A DNA stretch of 64,000 nt from Candidatus Gottesmanbacteria bacterium (GTDB taxonomy: Bacteria; Patescibacteriota; Microgenomatia; UBA10105; UBA927). The notes beneath the pieces were generated by a model that saw nothing but the letters and a program-made list of their open reading frames with translations, searched no databases and had not been told where the DNA came from. The stretch lies in the NCBI GenBank assembly GCA_963714095.1, contig OY970230.1, positions 959,907-1,023,906 of the forward strand. Direction: 5' to 3'. This document shows positions 51,219 to 61,633 of this stretch, one piece after another. Numbering within the stretch: the stretch's first letter is position 1; every line of letters begins with the position of its first letter. A program made the position numbers and the translations under genes.

Positions 51219-51508
51219 ATAGATTCGAGAACGGTCAATTCGCCGGCGCGACCTGGGGAGTCATCGAAGGTCAGATTAAAAGAGTTCATTTTATAGTGAA
51301 CAGCGAGCATCCGGACGGGCATTTATTGATAGGTAGTACTGCATTTCTGAATAAATTGGTAAAAACTATTTACTCTCCGCTTCAGGTTCCTGTTAAAGTG
51401 AAATTTGTCGAAAATTCAGTCAAGGGTGACATGCCCTCATTAGAGGATATTCGTTTATCTTGGGAAGATTTTAAACCGACGGAAGATTATTTTCCGCCGT
51501 TACCGTAG
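51215..51508 (+). CDS. hypothetical protein
   Basis: ATGA-coupled 97-aa ORF. Confidence 0.55.
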   Translation: MNRFENGQFAGATWGVIEGQIKRVHFIVNSEHPDGHLLIGSTAFLNKLVKTIYSPLQVPVKVKFVENSVKGDMPSLEDIRLSWEDFKPTEDYFPPLP

Positions 51509-51973
51509 AAGAAGAAGGAAAAACGCAACAGCGATGACCTGAGTGATGAGCCCGAACGGAAGATCAGTTTTGGAGTGAACCATATTTTCCCGGTGGTAAA
51601 TGCGGTAGCTCAGGCTTTCCCAGAATCCGGCTTTTTTGGAAACACCGGTATGTTTATTTTTTGCGAAAAAGATATACCACGGTGCTTCCAGCCAGTCGGG
51701 AAGCTCGCCGGCGATGATGCAGGAGAGGAGTAGTGGTGTTTCAACCTTTCCACGGAACAGAAAATATGCTAGCGTAATACCAAATACTGTTTCTCCGATT
51801 GCGAGTGCTCCGGTCATTGTTTTTGAGCGCGAACGCCAATCGGTGCCAATGTCCCAATGCGGGACGGCATCCATGATAAAATGAGACGTTATGGCAAGAG
51901 GTATGGCAAGATACGGGTTCGGAACGGCGCGGGCGATAGCCGCGGATACAAGAGCGTGAGCTGTAGCAGTCAT
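51500..51973 (-). CDS. membrane protein, possible metal-dependent hydrolase
   Basis: T.TAH, SHF..D..PH.D, LPD, H. Confidence 0.75.
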   Translation of the reverse strand: MTATAHALVSAAIARAVPNPYLAIPLAITSHFIMDAVPHWDIGTDWRSRSKTMTGALAIGETVFGITLAYFLFRGKVETPLLLSCIIAGELPDWLEAPWYIFFAKNKHTGVSKKAGFWESLSYRIYHRENMVHSKTDLPFGLITQVIAVAFFLLLLR

Positions 51974-51993
51974 CTAACTATTGTAACAAACAT

Positions 51994-53253
51994 ATGACAA
52001 CTGATGCAAATGGGCATGCGCACAAGACGTCGTATTCGGAAGTACTGACCGTCCGGCCGTTCCGCGTTCTGTGGTTTGCACAAATATTTTCACAGCTTGC
52101 CGTTAATACGCTTCTTTTCGTGTTAGCGCTCCGTATTTATCAGGATACCAGGAGTAACGCCGCAGTTTCAGGTCTGTTTTTGGCGTACGGAATTCCCAGC
52201 GTCCTTTTCGGCATGGTTGCAGGAACTGCGGTTGACCATTTGGACAAACGCAGAGTCCTTATGTATTGCGATATCCTGCGGGGGGCACTCGTACTTTTAC
52301 TCATATTCGTTTCAAGAAACATTTTTCTTGTCTATATTGTGATGTTTATCAATGCGGTTATTACCCAATTTTATGTTCCCAGCGAGGCGCCGCTTATTCC
52401 GAAACTCATCCCCGACAGCCTTCTAATTCCTGCAAACAGTTTATTTTCCTTCACGTATTACAGCAGTCTCGCCGTTGGAACCGTGTTGTCAGGGCCACTT
52501 CTTCTGGGATTGGGCCCTCAGTGGATTTTTCTTTTCATCAGCGTATTGTTTTTTGTCGCCGTTGCGTTTGAGTCGCATCTTCCGTCTCAGGCGGCAAATG
52601 TATTCGGATTTACGAGTATATTCCGGTATCAGGTGGGCCATATCGTTTCACGGACGTTTGAGGAACTTTTTGAAGGAATCCGGTACGTACGGCAAATTCC
52701 GGCACTCCTGGACAGTTTACTCCTGTTAACCGGTACGCAAATTATCTTCGTGATGTTGGGAACGCTTGGGCCCGGATTTGCGGATAAGGTATTGCACATC
52801 GATGTGCGTGACGCGTCTCTTTTTATCGTAGGTCCCGCAGTCTTAGGTATCATTGCGGGCGCTCTGTGGGTTGGAACGTTCGGCTATAAACTGAAACCCG
52901 GCCGTCTTATTAAGACGGGTGTCGCGGGAGCAGGCGTCATACTTCTTTTGATTTCTTTTACCGTCCGGATTCATGTAGCCCTCGCTCTCGCTATGCTGCT
53001 GTTTTTCTTTCTGGGGGTTTCCAATAGCTTGTTGGATTCTCCGGCAAACAGCGTTTTGCAGGAAGAGGCAAAAGGCTCGATGCGCGGACGCGTGTACGGT
53101 ATGCTCACGGCAGCTGTGGGCGGAGTCGGCATTTTACCCGTCATTATCGGCGGAGTACTGGCAGACATCCTGGGTGTCGATCGCGTGATTTTTTTGCTGG
53201 GGTTGGTAGTACTTACGTACGGCGTCTTCCGGATGAAGTATAATAAAGAATAA
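51994..53253 (+). CDS. MFS transporter
   Basis: 12 TM, AG...D..D.RR motif. Confidence 0.93.
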   Translation: MTTDANGHAHKTSYSEVLTVRPFRVLWFAQIFSQLAVNTLLFVLALRIYQDTRSNAAVSGLFLAYGIPSVLFGMVAGTAVDHLDKRRVLMYCDILRGALVLLLIFVSRNIFLVYIVMFINAVITQFYVPSEAPLIPKLIPDSLLIPANSLFSFTYYSSLAVGTVLSGPLLLGLGPQWIFLFISVLFFVAVAFESHLPSQAANVFGFTSIFRYQVGHIVSRTFEELFEGIRYVRQIPALLDSLLLLTGTQIIFVMLGTLGPGFADKVLHIDVRDASLFIVGPAVLGIIAGALWVGTFGYKLKPGRLIKTGVAGAGVILLLISFTVRIHVALALAMLLFFFLGVSNSLLDSPANSVLQEEAKGSMRGRVYGMLTAAVGGVGILPVIIGGVLADILGVDRVIFLLGLVVLTYGVFRMKYNKE

Positions 53254-53256
53254 TCT

Positions 53257-54066
53257 ATGCATCCATTACTCATGACAATCGGCCCGTTTCATCTCTATAG
53301 TTTCAGCGTCTTTTTGGTTGTTGCGTGGCTGGTGTTTTCTTTCCTCTTTTGGCGGGCTCTGCGGGCGCAGGGTGTCGCGGAAAATCATATTTTTAATCTG
53401 ACGTTTTACAGTACACTTTCTTCTTTTTTGGTTGCCAGAGTTGTGTTTGTTTTCCTTAACATGGATTTATTCCGGGAAACTCCTTTAAAGATTGCCGCAC
53501 TTTGGGTTCAGCCGGGGATGTCGCTTTACGGAGGACTTATCGGGGGACTGTTGATTCTTATTCTCCTGTGCCGCACATATAAAGTGCGCGTCGGGTACGT
53601 ATTGGACGCATTCGGCCCGGCATTCGGGGGCGCATTTATCGTCGGGACTATTGGAGCACTACTGGACGGCACGTACGTCGGGAGAATTACAAACCTTCCC
53701 TGGGCTGTTCGGTTTGTGGGACACCTCGGTAAACGGCATCCTGTGGAGGTCTACGAAGTCGTGGCGATGATTGGCATCCTGCTTTTTCTTGCGCTTATGG
53801 CACGCCGCGGGGCGCAAAAAAAATGGCCGTACGGACTTCTCGGATTGTGGTTTTTCTCGGTAAGTAGTGTTTTCATGTTCCTCCTTGAATTTTTTAAAGA
53901 TACTCGTGTATACTTTAATACGCTGCGCGCCAATCAGTGGATTCTTATCGCGATATTTGCGGAAACGATCGGCGCGTTTTATGTTCGGGGAGGGGGACGG
54001 GAGAGAGTCCGGCCGCTCGTTAACCGACTGAAACACTATGCAAAATTTTCCAAGCGAACTGCTTGA
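53257..54066 (+). CDS. lgt: prolipoprotein diacylglyceryl transferase family protein
   Basis: M.P....GP, GMSLYGG..GG, T.LPW, RHP...YE. Confidence 0.82.
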   Translation: MHPLLMTIGPFHLYSFSVFLVVAWLVFSFLFWRALRAQGVAENHIFNLTFYSTLSSFLVARVVFVFLNMDLFRETPLKIAALWVQPGMSLYGGLIGGLLILILLCRTYKVRVGYVLDAFGPAFGGAFIVGTIGALLDGTYVGRITNLPWAVRFVGHLGKRHPVEVYEVVAMIGILLFLALMARRGAQKKWPYGLLGLWFFSVSSVFMFLLEFFKDTRVYFNTLRANQWILIAIFAETIGAFYVRGGGRERVRPLVNRLKHYAKFSKRTA

Positions 54067-54403
54067 ACAACTGCGCCTTCATCTTGAAGATGAAAAAAAG
54101 AAACTTATTGCACAGATGAGTGATTTATCCGCGCAGGATCCGTTTTCCGATCCTGACCGCGCAAACGGCAATGCCGCATCCGATTCCGAAGCCAATGAAG
54201 AATCCAGTCACGACCGGTATGCCGCGATGCTGGATGAGCTGAAAGGTAAGTTGTCGGATATCGACGCGGCTCTCGCGCGTATCAGCGACGGGTCGTATGG
54301 ATTCTGTACTAATTGCCGTCAGATGATTGATACGGACCGTCTTGCAATTTTACCCACCGCGACGCTTTGCCTTTCGTGTGAACAAAAGAAGAAGGGAAAA
54401 TAG
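54038..54403 (+). CDS. TraR/DksA C4 zinc-finger protein
   Basis: AL.RI..GSYG.C..C...I...RL...P.A.LC..C. Confidence 0.92.
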   Translation: MQNFPSELLEQLRLHLEDEKKKLIAQMSDLSAQDPFSDPDRANGNAASDSEANEESSHDRYAAMLDELKGKLSDIDAALARISDGSYGFCTNCRQMIDTDRLAILPTATLCLSCEQKKKGK

Positions 54404-54407
54404 TTTC

Positions 54408-55136
54408 ATGGATATCCCCATACTCTTCGAAGATGATGTGATGATCGCGATCAATAAACCACCCGGAATAGTCGTAAATCGCGCCGAGTCGGTGAAAGGG
54501 GAAACGGTGCAGGATTGGATGGGGGAGCACTATCCTTTTGATAAAACTAAGCAGACTGAAGAAACGAAAGATTTTTTTGACCGGGCCGGAATTGTGCACA
54601 GAATAGATAAGGAAACTTCGGGAATTCTACTCATTGCCAAAACTCCTATAGCATTCACCGAGCTTCAGCGGCAGTTTAAAGAACGGATTATCCATAAAAC
54701 ATATCTGGCTGTCGTGCACGGAGTGTTGGTTCCCGAAACCGGTGAAATTAGGGCGCCGGTTGCACGCCTTCCGTGGAACAGGGAGCGCTTTGGTATTGTG
54801 CCGGGCGGTAAAGAATCCGTGACCAAATATAAGGTGGTGCAACTGTTTGAACGAACGCAGGGAAAACAATCAGAAAAATATTCCTTCGTAGAAGTATATC
54901 CGGAAACGGGCCGCACCCATCAGATTCGTGTACATCTCAAATATGTCAATCACCCTATTGTGGGTGATTATCTCTACGCGGGCCGTAAAACCGCGAGGGA
55001 CGACCGTACATGGGCGAAGCGAGTGATGTTGCATGCATGGCGTCTCACCTGTATTCATCCCACGACGGGGAAGACTCTTGCAATCGAGGCGCCGATACCG
55101 GATGATATGAATGGTATCATCCATGGACGCACATAG
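54408..55136 (+). CDS. RluA-family pseudouridine synthase
   Basis: NKPPG, HRIDKETSG, TGRTHQIRVH. Confidence 0.95.
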   Translation: MDIPILFEDDVMIAINKPPGIVVNRAESVKGETVQDWMGEHYPFDKTKQTEETKDFFDRAGIVHRIDKETSGILLIAKTPIAFTELQRQFKERIIHKTYLAVVHGVLVPETGEIRAPVARLPWNRERFGIVPGGKESVTKYKVVQLFERTQGKQSEKYSFVEVYPETGRTHQIRVHLKYVNHPIVGDYLYAGRKTARDDRTWAKRVMLHAWRLTCIHPTTGKTLAIEAPIPDDMNGIIHGRT

Positions 55137-56853
55137 CTTATCACTCATTTCGACATTGCTTCTCGTATTTTCCGCTGCCATTATCGGCGGCGTGATTGCC
55201 AAAATGCTAAAAATCCCGATGCTTCTCGGGTATATTGCAGCGGGCATAGTATTCGGAAATGTATTTCCGCGTGCCACAGATGCCGTGTTTTTGAAGGGTA
55301 TCGGCGACGTCGGCGTTACGCTGCTCCTGTTTACCTTAGGTGTTGAATTTTCCTTTCACAGGCTGAAAAAACTCATGGGTACTCTGCCATGGGCAGCAAT
55401 CACCCAGATTGTGCTGTGTATCCTATTATTTTTATTCTTAACGATGATGCTGGGATTTCCGTTTTTGGCGGCTTTGGTGATTGCAATCGCCGGGTCGCTT
55501 TCTTCAACCGCAGTCATCGTAAAAGTACTTTCTGAGCGGGGGGAACTGGATACAGTACCGGGCGAAGTGATGACCGGATGGTCGGTACTCCAGGATTTAG
55601 CAGTTGTCCCGATTATGATTTTGTTGCCGGTTGTTATCACAAGTGCTAGTCAAGGGGACATTACGATTCCTTTATTGGTAAGTTCACTTGCCATCGGCAT
55701 GCTGAAGGCAGCAGTCGCTCTTGCGCTCATTCTTGTTTTAGGCAAAACTATAATGCCCAGGGCGCTGGGGAAAGTAGCGACTCTCGGAAGCCGGGAAATA
55801 TTCATGCTTGTGACGGTGGGACTGGTTTTTTTGTCCGCAATGACAACATACCTTCTCGGTCTGTCGGCTGCCCTCGGTGCGTTTGTGGCGGGACTGCTGA
55901 TTTCCGAGACGAGTGAAAATCATGCGATTTTTGCGGAAGTCCGGCCGCTGCGGGATTTGTTTGTCGTCGTCTTTTTCGTTTCGATCGGTATGGGAATACC
56001 GGGGAGTTATGTCCTTCGGTCTGCAGGGACTATCCTCCTTCTTGCTATCGCCATTTTGGCTATTAAATGGTTTGTCGTCATGGGACTCATGCGCTTTATG
56101 GGATATCACCGCAAAACGTCCTTTCTTGTTGCGGTCGGTCTTACGCCCATGAGTGAATTCGGGTTTATCATTGCCAGCCAGGGGTGGTCTTTGGGAGCCC
56201 TGACCCGCGACCAATACACTCTTTTGGTTGCCCTTACGTTCGTTACTATTTTAGTGGCGACGCCGTTTTTTTCCCGGGGTCACGGGTTGTATTATGGACT
56301 TCACACGTGGCTAGATAAATATATTCCCAAGTTTTTTCATACATCGCGCGAGCCTGCAGAAGAAAAAGACGGGCTTCCGTACCGCGATCATATTATTCTC
56401 TGCGGGTACGGCAGGGTGGGGAAATATATCGGGCGCGCACTTCTGATGGCCGGGATCCCGTTCGTCGTTGTTGACTACAATAACGCAACCATTGCGGAGC
56501 TCCGGTCTAAAGGCATCCCGGTCGTGTACGGAGATCCGGCGGATAAAAACGTACTGGAGTTTGCCCGGGTCGACGTAGCACGTGCCGTCATTATTGCCAT
56601 TCCGGACCTGCACACACAGGAATTGGTGATAACCCATGCACAGACCCTAAACCGCCGGATCAAAATTATCTGCCGGACGCATCACGAGGAGGATCAGAAA
56701 TATCTGAAATCCTTGGGCGTCACTGCCGTCATCCAGCCGGAGTTTGAAGCGGCACTTGCAATCGTCGAGCGACTGTTGCCGTCCTTCGGTGTTGCCGGCA
56801 CAGACGTCTCGGGCGAAATCTCCCGTCTCAAAATCGAACACGGAGTAGGGTAA
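55111..56853 (+). CDS. CPA2 cation:proton antiporter with TrkA-N domain (Kef-like)
   Basis: LLF..G.E, SST, QD, GAF.AG, GYGRVG. Confidence 0.93.
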   Translation: MVSSMDAHSLSLISTLLLVFSAAIIGGVIAKMLKIPMLLGYIAAGIVFGNVFPRATDAVFLKGIGDVGVTLLLFTLGVEFSFHRLKKLMGTLPWAAITQIVLCILLFLFLTMMLGFPFLAALVIAIAGSLSSTAVIVKVLSERGELDTVPGEVMTGWSVLQDLAVVPIMILLPVVITSASQGDITIPLLVSSLAIGMLKAAVALALILVLGKTIMPRALGKVATLGSREIFMLVTVGLVFLSAMTTYLLGLSAALGAFVAGLLISETSENHAIFAEVRPLRDLFVVVFFVSIGMGIPGSYVLRSAGTILLLAIAILAIKWFVVMGLMRFMGYHRKTSFLVAVGLTPMSEFGFIIASQGWSLGALTRDQYTLLVALTFVTILVATPFFSRGHGLYYGLHTWLDKYIPKFFHTSREPAEEKDGLPYRDHIILCGYGRVGKYIGRALLMAGIPFVVVDYNNATIAELRSKGIPVVYGDPADKNVLEFARVDVARAVIIAIPDLHTQELVITHAQTLNRRIKIICRTHHEEDQKYLKSLGVTAVIQPEFEAALAIVERLLPSFGVAGTDVSGEISRLKIEHGVG

Positions 56854-57020
56854 TGTTACTGAAAATTATATAGTATTGTTAAGCCTTTAAAATCGCTCGT
56901 AAATTTTGCCGATTAAGCGACTGAGTAACGTAATCGTTTGCTTCAGCCAATATAGCAGCGCGCGCATATTCCCAATCAGGACAAGCTTTTGTCAATCCAG
57001 GACGTGCTAAAATAGGGGAT

Positions 57021-58157
57021 ATGGTCAGATTTAGCTTCGAGCAGCTTCAGACAGATAAAAAAACACAGGCGAGGACGGGGATAATCCATACGTCGCACGG
57101 CGATATCCAAACCCCCGCATTTGTGCCGGTGGGGACGCAAGCGTCAGTCAAGAGCCTCACACCTGAAGAATTGGATACAATTGGTGTTCAGTTGTTTTTC
57201 GTCAATACGTATCACATGTACCTGCGGCCGGGGATTGAGGTCGTCAAAAAAGCCGACGGGCTACACAAATTTATGCATTGGAATAAGCCGCTGATGACGG
57301 ATTCCGGGGGATTCCAGGTTTTTTCGCTGGCACGGAAAGCATCGCTGGTAAAAATATCCGACGATGGTGTCGAATTTCAGTCCCATTGGGACGGTACGAA
57401 ACACGTTTTTACGCCGGAAAGTTCCATGAAGTGGCAGCACGCACTTGGCAGTGATATGCATATTGCGTTTGATGACTGCACGCCGTACCCGGTGACTCAT
57501 GAAAAAGCAAAACAGTCGATGGAGCGGACGCACCGCTGGGCAGTTCGAAGTCTGAAAGAGCATAAAAAAATAAATAAGAAACATATGCTATTTAAAAAAC
57601 CGTACCAAGCTTTGTACGGATCTATTCAGGGAAGCGTTTATAAAGATCTTCGGCAAGAATCAGCAAAATTTATCAGCGGGATGGATTTTGATGGCATTGC
57701 CATAGGTGGTGTGTCGGTGGGGGAAAGCAAAAAAGAAATGGTTCGGGTGCTGGACTGGGTGACGCCGCTTTTGCCTGAGGATAAACCCCGCCATTTGTTG
57801 GGGGTGGGGGAGATTGACGATATTTTTATGATGATCGGGCGCGGGATTGACACGTTTGACTGTGTTCAGCCCACCCGGCTGGCCCGCGTCGGAACGCTGT
57901 ATGAAAAACACTCGCAGATTGATATTACAAAATCGTGTTACGCAACAGATTTTGTGCCGATAGAGACTGGCTGTGCCTGTTATACGTGTACAAATTTTAC
58001 ACGCGCGTACGTTCATCACCTGTTTCATGTTAAAGAACTTCTGGGGTACCGGCTGGCGACGATTCACAATCTTCATTTTATCCACCGGCTCGTTGACGAT
58101 ATCCGCAAAAGTATTGTCAATCATTCATTTCTTGAACTCTCGCGCGCCTGGGCTTAG
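57021..58157 (+). CDS. tgt: tRNA-guanine transglycosylase
   Basis: TPAF.PVGT, TDSGGFQ, GGVSVGE, C.C..C..H zinc site. Confidence 0.97.
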   Translation: MVRFSFEQLQTDKKTQARTGIIHTSHGDIQTPAFVPVGTQASVKSLTPEELDTIGVQLFFVNTYHMYLRPGIEVVKKADGLHKFMHWNKPLMTDSGGFQVFSLARKASLVKISDDGVEFQSHWDGTKHVFTPESSMKWQHALGSDMHIAFDDCTPYPVTHEKAKQSMERTHRWAVRSLKEHKKINKKHMLFKKPYQALYGSIQGSVYKDLRQESAKFISGMDFDGIAIGGVSVGESKKEMVRVLDWVTPLLPEDKPRHLLGVGEIDDIFMMIGRGIDTFDCVQPTRLARVGTLYEKHSQIDITKSCYATDFVPIETGCACYTCTNFTRAYVHHLFHVKELLGYRLATIHNLHFIHRLVDDIRKSIVNHSFLELSRAWA

Positions 58158-58181
58158 AATACAAAGAGGAGGAATAAAACT

Positions 58182-58331
58182 ATGCCGTCATTTGGAGATT
58201 ATACCAACGAGAAAAAAAAGAAACTGAAAAAATCAGTGCTGGAAAAGAAGGCATTGAAACAAATGGTAGGAGCGGGCGCATGGCAAATGCCGCAGGTGGA
58301 AATTATCAAAAAGGGCAAGAAAGACTGGTAA
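58182..58331 (+). CDS. small basic protein, 49 aa (below ORF-track cutoff)
   Basis: GAGGAGG SD; MPSFGDYTNEKKKKLKK...QVEIIKKGKKDW; stop abuts next ATG. Confidence 0.7.
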   Translation: MPSFGDYTNEKKKKLKKSVLEKKALKQMVGAGAWQMPQVEIIKKGKKDW

Positions 58332-59276
58332 ATGATCGGGAGACGCAGAAATTCAAGATCCCTCGCGGGATTGTTTTTACTTTTTGCCATTCTTGCTTTC
58401 GCGGTCTGGATTTTTTTTCCACGGCAGGAAAATCCCTATGGCAGGGAAACATACATCATCGTCTCCGATCCGATGGTTGTTGTGTCGTGGAGTCATTCCG
58501 ACGGGACACTTACCCTTATTTCAATACCTGCCGATATTGCTTCGGAAGGAACACACGGATACGGCACCTATTCGCTTGCTGCGTTTTGGCGGCTCGGGGA
58601 AATAGATAAAAAGGACGGGACGGTACTTTCCGAGTGTATCAGTGAAGCGCTCGGTATTCCCATCGATGGGTATATAGGTCCGAAAACCGGTATGTTTTCT
58701 GGCGGGGTCGACACATTTACCACCGCCAAGACGATGTTTTCATTACAACATAGCTTCGGGGTTTTCAGCGGTCAATATCGGACAAATATTCCGCTGCGGA
58801 AATTTACCGGATTAGCATGGCTTTTCCATTATTCCCGTCCTGACCGCGTGAACACGTATGATTTTACAGGGAATCAGTCCGCGGTAGCGGAAGATGTGGT
58901 ACTGCCTGACGGTTCGACTCAGTGGGTGCTTGATCCCCAGCGCATCGATAGTGAACTTACGAGCGTATTTGAAGATGACTCCGTGCGGCTCGAATCGGTA
59001 ACAGCTGCCGTTTACAATACGACGGATATGCCGTCACTCGGAAATAGAGTAGGCAGGCTTTTGACCAATCTCGGCGTTTCGGTTGTGACCGTTGGCAATG
59101 ATACGCCCCAGGTTGATAGGTGTGAAGTGACGGGAAGTAGCAGGGCACTCAAAAGCAAAAGCGCCGGCGTTATCGTTGCAGTACTTGGATGCAAACGTGT
59201 CGTAGGGGTGGGAAGCCGCGCAGATCTCATTGTCCGAATCGGCTCCGCCTACGCCAAACGGTTCCTTCCGAATTAA
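58332..59276 (+). CDS. LCP/LytR-C domain membrane protein
   Basis: TM, ISIP.D, LGIPIDGY, VYNTT...LG, DL.V.IG. Confidence 0.75.
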   Translation: MIGRRRNSRSLAGLFLLFAILAFAVWIFFPRQENPYGRETYIIVSDPMVVVSWSHSDGTLTLISIPADIASEGTHGYGTYSLAAFWRLGEIDKKDGTVLSECISEALGIPIDGYIGPKTGMFSGGVDTFTTAKTMFSLQHSFGVFSGQYRTNIPLRKFTGLAWLFHYSRPDRVNTYDFTGNQSAVAEDVVLPDGSTQWVLDPQRIDSELTSVFEDDSVRLESVTAAVYNTTDMPSLGNRVGRLLTNLGVSVVTVGNDTPQVDRCEVTGSSRALKSKSAGVIVAVLGCKRVVGVGSRADLIVRIGSAYAKRFLPN

Positions 59277-59278
59277 TG

Positions 59279-60004
59279 TTACGTTTCGGCAGGTTCATCA
59301 GGGGCTGCTTCGTCAGCGTCTTCGCCGGTGGGGGTCATGTCCGGCGTTTCGCGGGTTCCGGATTTTGCAAACGATACATAGCTTGTTGTACTGGTAAATG
59401 AGGGTTGCTTGGCGAACTTTTTCCCGCGCGTTAGCTCCCGCAACATCACCTTGACTGATTTTTTGTCAACTCCTTTAACAATTGCCTGGTATGTATTGCC
59501 GCCGGCCATCATTTTATTGAGTTTAAATGACATGTCATCCGGAAGCGCCGCAACATAAGTACTACTGCTGGTGCGCACCTCAATGCAATGATTTTTCGGT
59601 CTAAGAAAGACTTCCTGTCCGGCAGACAACGTCGAGAGGACATGGGTAGGCGCTACGTGGACACACTCGACGATTTTTGTTTTGCCAGGTTCCTCCAAAA
59701 AAATCATCGGCGACATAAACGTGGCTGCCTCATTGGCCATGTCTTTTTTCTTCAGCGACGTCATTTTCTTCAGATTTTTGGTTGCAATTTGATTATATTT
59801 ATCTAATGCGAGTACTTTCTGGTAGGTGCGTTTTGCCGCTAAAAGTTGGCCGGTTTTGAGGTATGCAAATGCCAGGCGGCACAATGCCTCAAGGTCATTT
59901 CTGTCGGATTTCAGGATCGCAAGATTGACGCGGATAGCCTCTTTCCAATCCTGGGCAAGTGCGGCGGCAATTGCATTTTCCGCCGTCGGATGATCGGATA
60001 TCAT
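59279..60004 (-). CDS. TPR-containing protein
   Basis: AI.AAL..DW.EA, RLA.AY, FLEEPGKTK; start moved to ATG 60004. Confidence 0.8.
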   Translation of the reverse strand: MISDHPTAENAIAAALAQDWKEAIRVNLAILKSDRNDLEALCRLAFAYLKTGQLLAAKRTYQKVLALDKYNQIATKNLKKMTSLKKKDMANEAATFMSPMIFLEEPGKTKIVECVHVAPTHVLSTLSAGQEVFLRPKNHCIEVRTSSSTYVAALPDDMSFKLNKMMAGGNTYQAIVKGVDKKSVKVMLRELTRGKKFAKQPSFTSTTSYVSFAKSGTRETPDMTPTGEDADEAAPDEPAET

Positions 60005-60062
60005 AGTGGGCAGTGTACCCATTTCTTGAGAAAAGTCAATAGAGGAAGTAGAATAGGTCCAT

Positions 60063-60782
60063 ATGAGCGGGCATTCCAAATGGTCAAAGGTGAAACATCA
60101 GAAAGCAACGACCGATGTGGTAAAAAGTTTTGCATTTACCAAAGCATCGCGCGCGATAGCGGTTGCGGTCCGCGAGGGCGGGGGAATTACGGATCCCACC
60201 ATGAATTTTCATCTGCGGCTTGCAGTCGAAAAAGCTCGCGACGTGAACATGCCAAAAGAAAATATTGAGCGTGCTATTGCGAGGGGGGCAGGAGAAGGTG
60301 GATCTGCCTTAGAACAAATTATGTATGAAGGATACGGCCCCGGCGGTGTTGCCATCCTTATTGAGGCTACGACGGATAATCGGCAGCGAAGTGTTTCTCA
60401 GATAAAAAACGTTTTGGAACGTGCCGGCGGAACTCTTGCCTCACCGGGAGCGGTTCTCTTTCAATTTATACGGCGCGGAGTTCTCACTGTTCCAAAGCAG
60501 GGGATTACGTATGACGCGCTGCTCTCTGCCGCGTGTGACGCCGGGGCCCAGGATGTTGTGGAAACCACGGACTTATTTGAAATATATACGCAGGACGGGA
60601 CATTGCCCGCGGTGAAACAATCGCTCGATGCATTAAAAATTCCGATTGAAAATACGGCGCGCATCATGCATCCCACAGCACCTATATCGGGGGACGACGC
60701 GCTGCACGTAAAAATAGACGACCTGGAAGCATCACTGGAAGAGTTGGACGATGTGCAAATGGTATTCACCAATCTTCTGTAA
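60063..60782 (+). CDS. yebC: YebC/PmpR family protein
   Basis: MSGHSKW, NMPK.NI.RAI, YEGYGPGG, TDN..R. Confidence 0.97.
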   Translation: MSGHSKWSKVKHQKATTDVVKSFAFTKASRAIAVAVREGGGITDPTMNFHLRLAVEKARDVNMPKENIERAIARGAGEGGSALEQIMYEGYGPGGVAILIEATTDNRQRSVSQIKNVLERAGGTLASPGAVLFQFIRRGVLTVPKQGITYDALLSAACDAGAQDVVETTDLFEIYTQDGTLPAVKQSLDALKIPIENTARIMHPTAPISGDDALHVKIDDLEASLEELDDVQMVFTNLL

Positions 60783-60790
60783 CCTAAACT

Positions 60791-61633
60791 ATGAGTACAA
60801 ATAGTATGGACGCGGTAAGGCGATGGTTTATCCGTCTGGAGCGGCATTTTTCATTGACCAAACGTCAACAATTTGTCGCAGTCACGGTTTTATTAACCGT
60901 GGGTCTCCTTTTTACACAGCTGGTAACCGGAGGATCCCGCTATGTCCTCGTATTTTTATCGGGGTTGTTGACCGCCGGTTTATCCGCATTGGTATTTAGG
61001 AAGGATCTCAAAAATATGGAATGGCTTACCATTCTGACATTACCCACATTGTTTACCGCGGCCGTTGCGCTTTTTTATTTTTTGCTGCCCGTCCGATGGC
61101 TGACCCGCCTGCCTGTAGCATTTTTGTACGGCATCGGCATGTATGCTCTTCTGTTAACAGAGAATATCTACACGGTTGCTGCGGACCGTACGATCGCGCT
61201 CCTTCGAGCCGCTCACTCCGTAGGGTTCCTGTTGACGCTGCTCACGTATTTTTTACTGGTACAAACGGTATTGGCATTCCGTTTTATTGCTCCGGTGCAG
61301 ACGCTTATCATAGGAGGTATCAGTTTTTTTCTCGTGGTGCAATCCGTATGGTCGATGGAATTGACGGGAATGTTGAGTAGGCGAGTGTGGCATATTAGTG
61401 TGGCAATAACCGTGTTTCTTACACAGCTGGTATGGGTTTTTTCCTTTTTGCCGACTACAACGACGCTTTTGGCACTTCTTTTCACGACGTTTTTTTACAG
61501 CGCCGTCGGGATGGCTCAGCAGTATCTGGTGGAAAAACTCTACAAGAAAACCGTCATAGAATTTATTGTTGTTGCTGTAATTGTTTTTGGTATTACACTG
61601 GTTGCAACTTCCTGGCGCGGTGGTGCTACATAG
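60791..61633 (+). CDS. multi-pass membrane protein
   Basis: about 9 TM, LLTENI..VA..RTI.L.RAA. Confidence 0.8.
   Translation: MSTNSMDAVRRWFIRLERHFSLTKRQQFVAVTVLLTVGLLFTQLVTGGSRYVLVFLSGLLTAGLSALVFRKDLKNMEWLTILTLPTLFTAAVALFYFLLPVRWLTRLPVAFLYGIGMYALLLTENIYTVAADRTIALLRAAHSVGFLLTLLTYFLLVQTVLAFRFIAPVQTLIIGGISFFLVVQSVWSMELTGMLSRRVWHISVAITVFLTQLVWVFSFLPTTTTLLALLFTTFFYSAVGMAQQYLVEKLYKKTVIEFIVVAVIVFGITLVATSWRGGAT

Noticed and set aside
50161-51508. Integrated element at tRNA-Leu
   Set aside because: No integrase beside it and no duplicated tRNA 3' end seen
56854-57020. preQ1 riboswitch upstream of tgt
   Set aside because: No preQ1 consensus stem or A-rich tail; tgt has a -10-like TGCTAAAAT just 8 nt before its ATG
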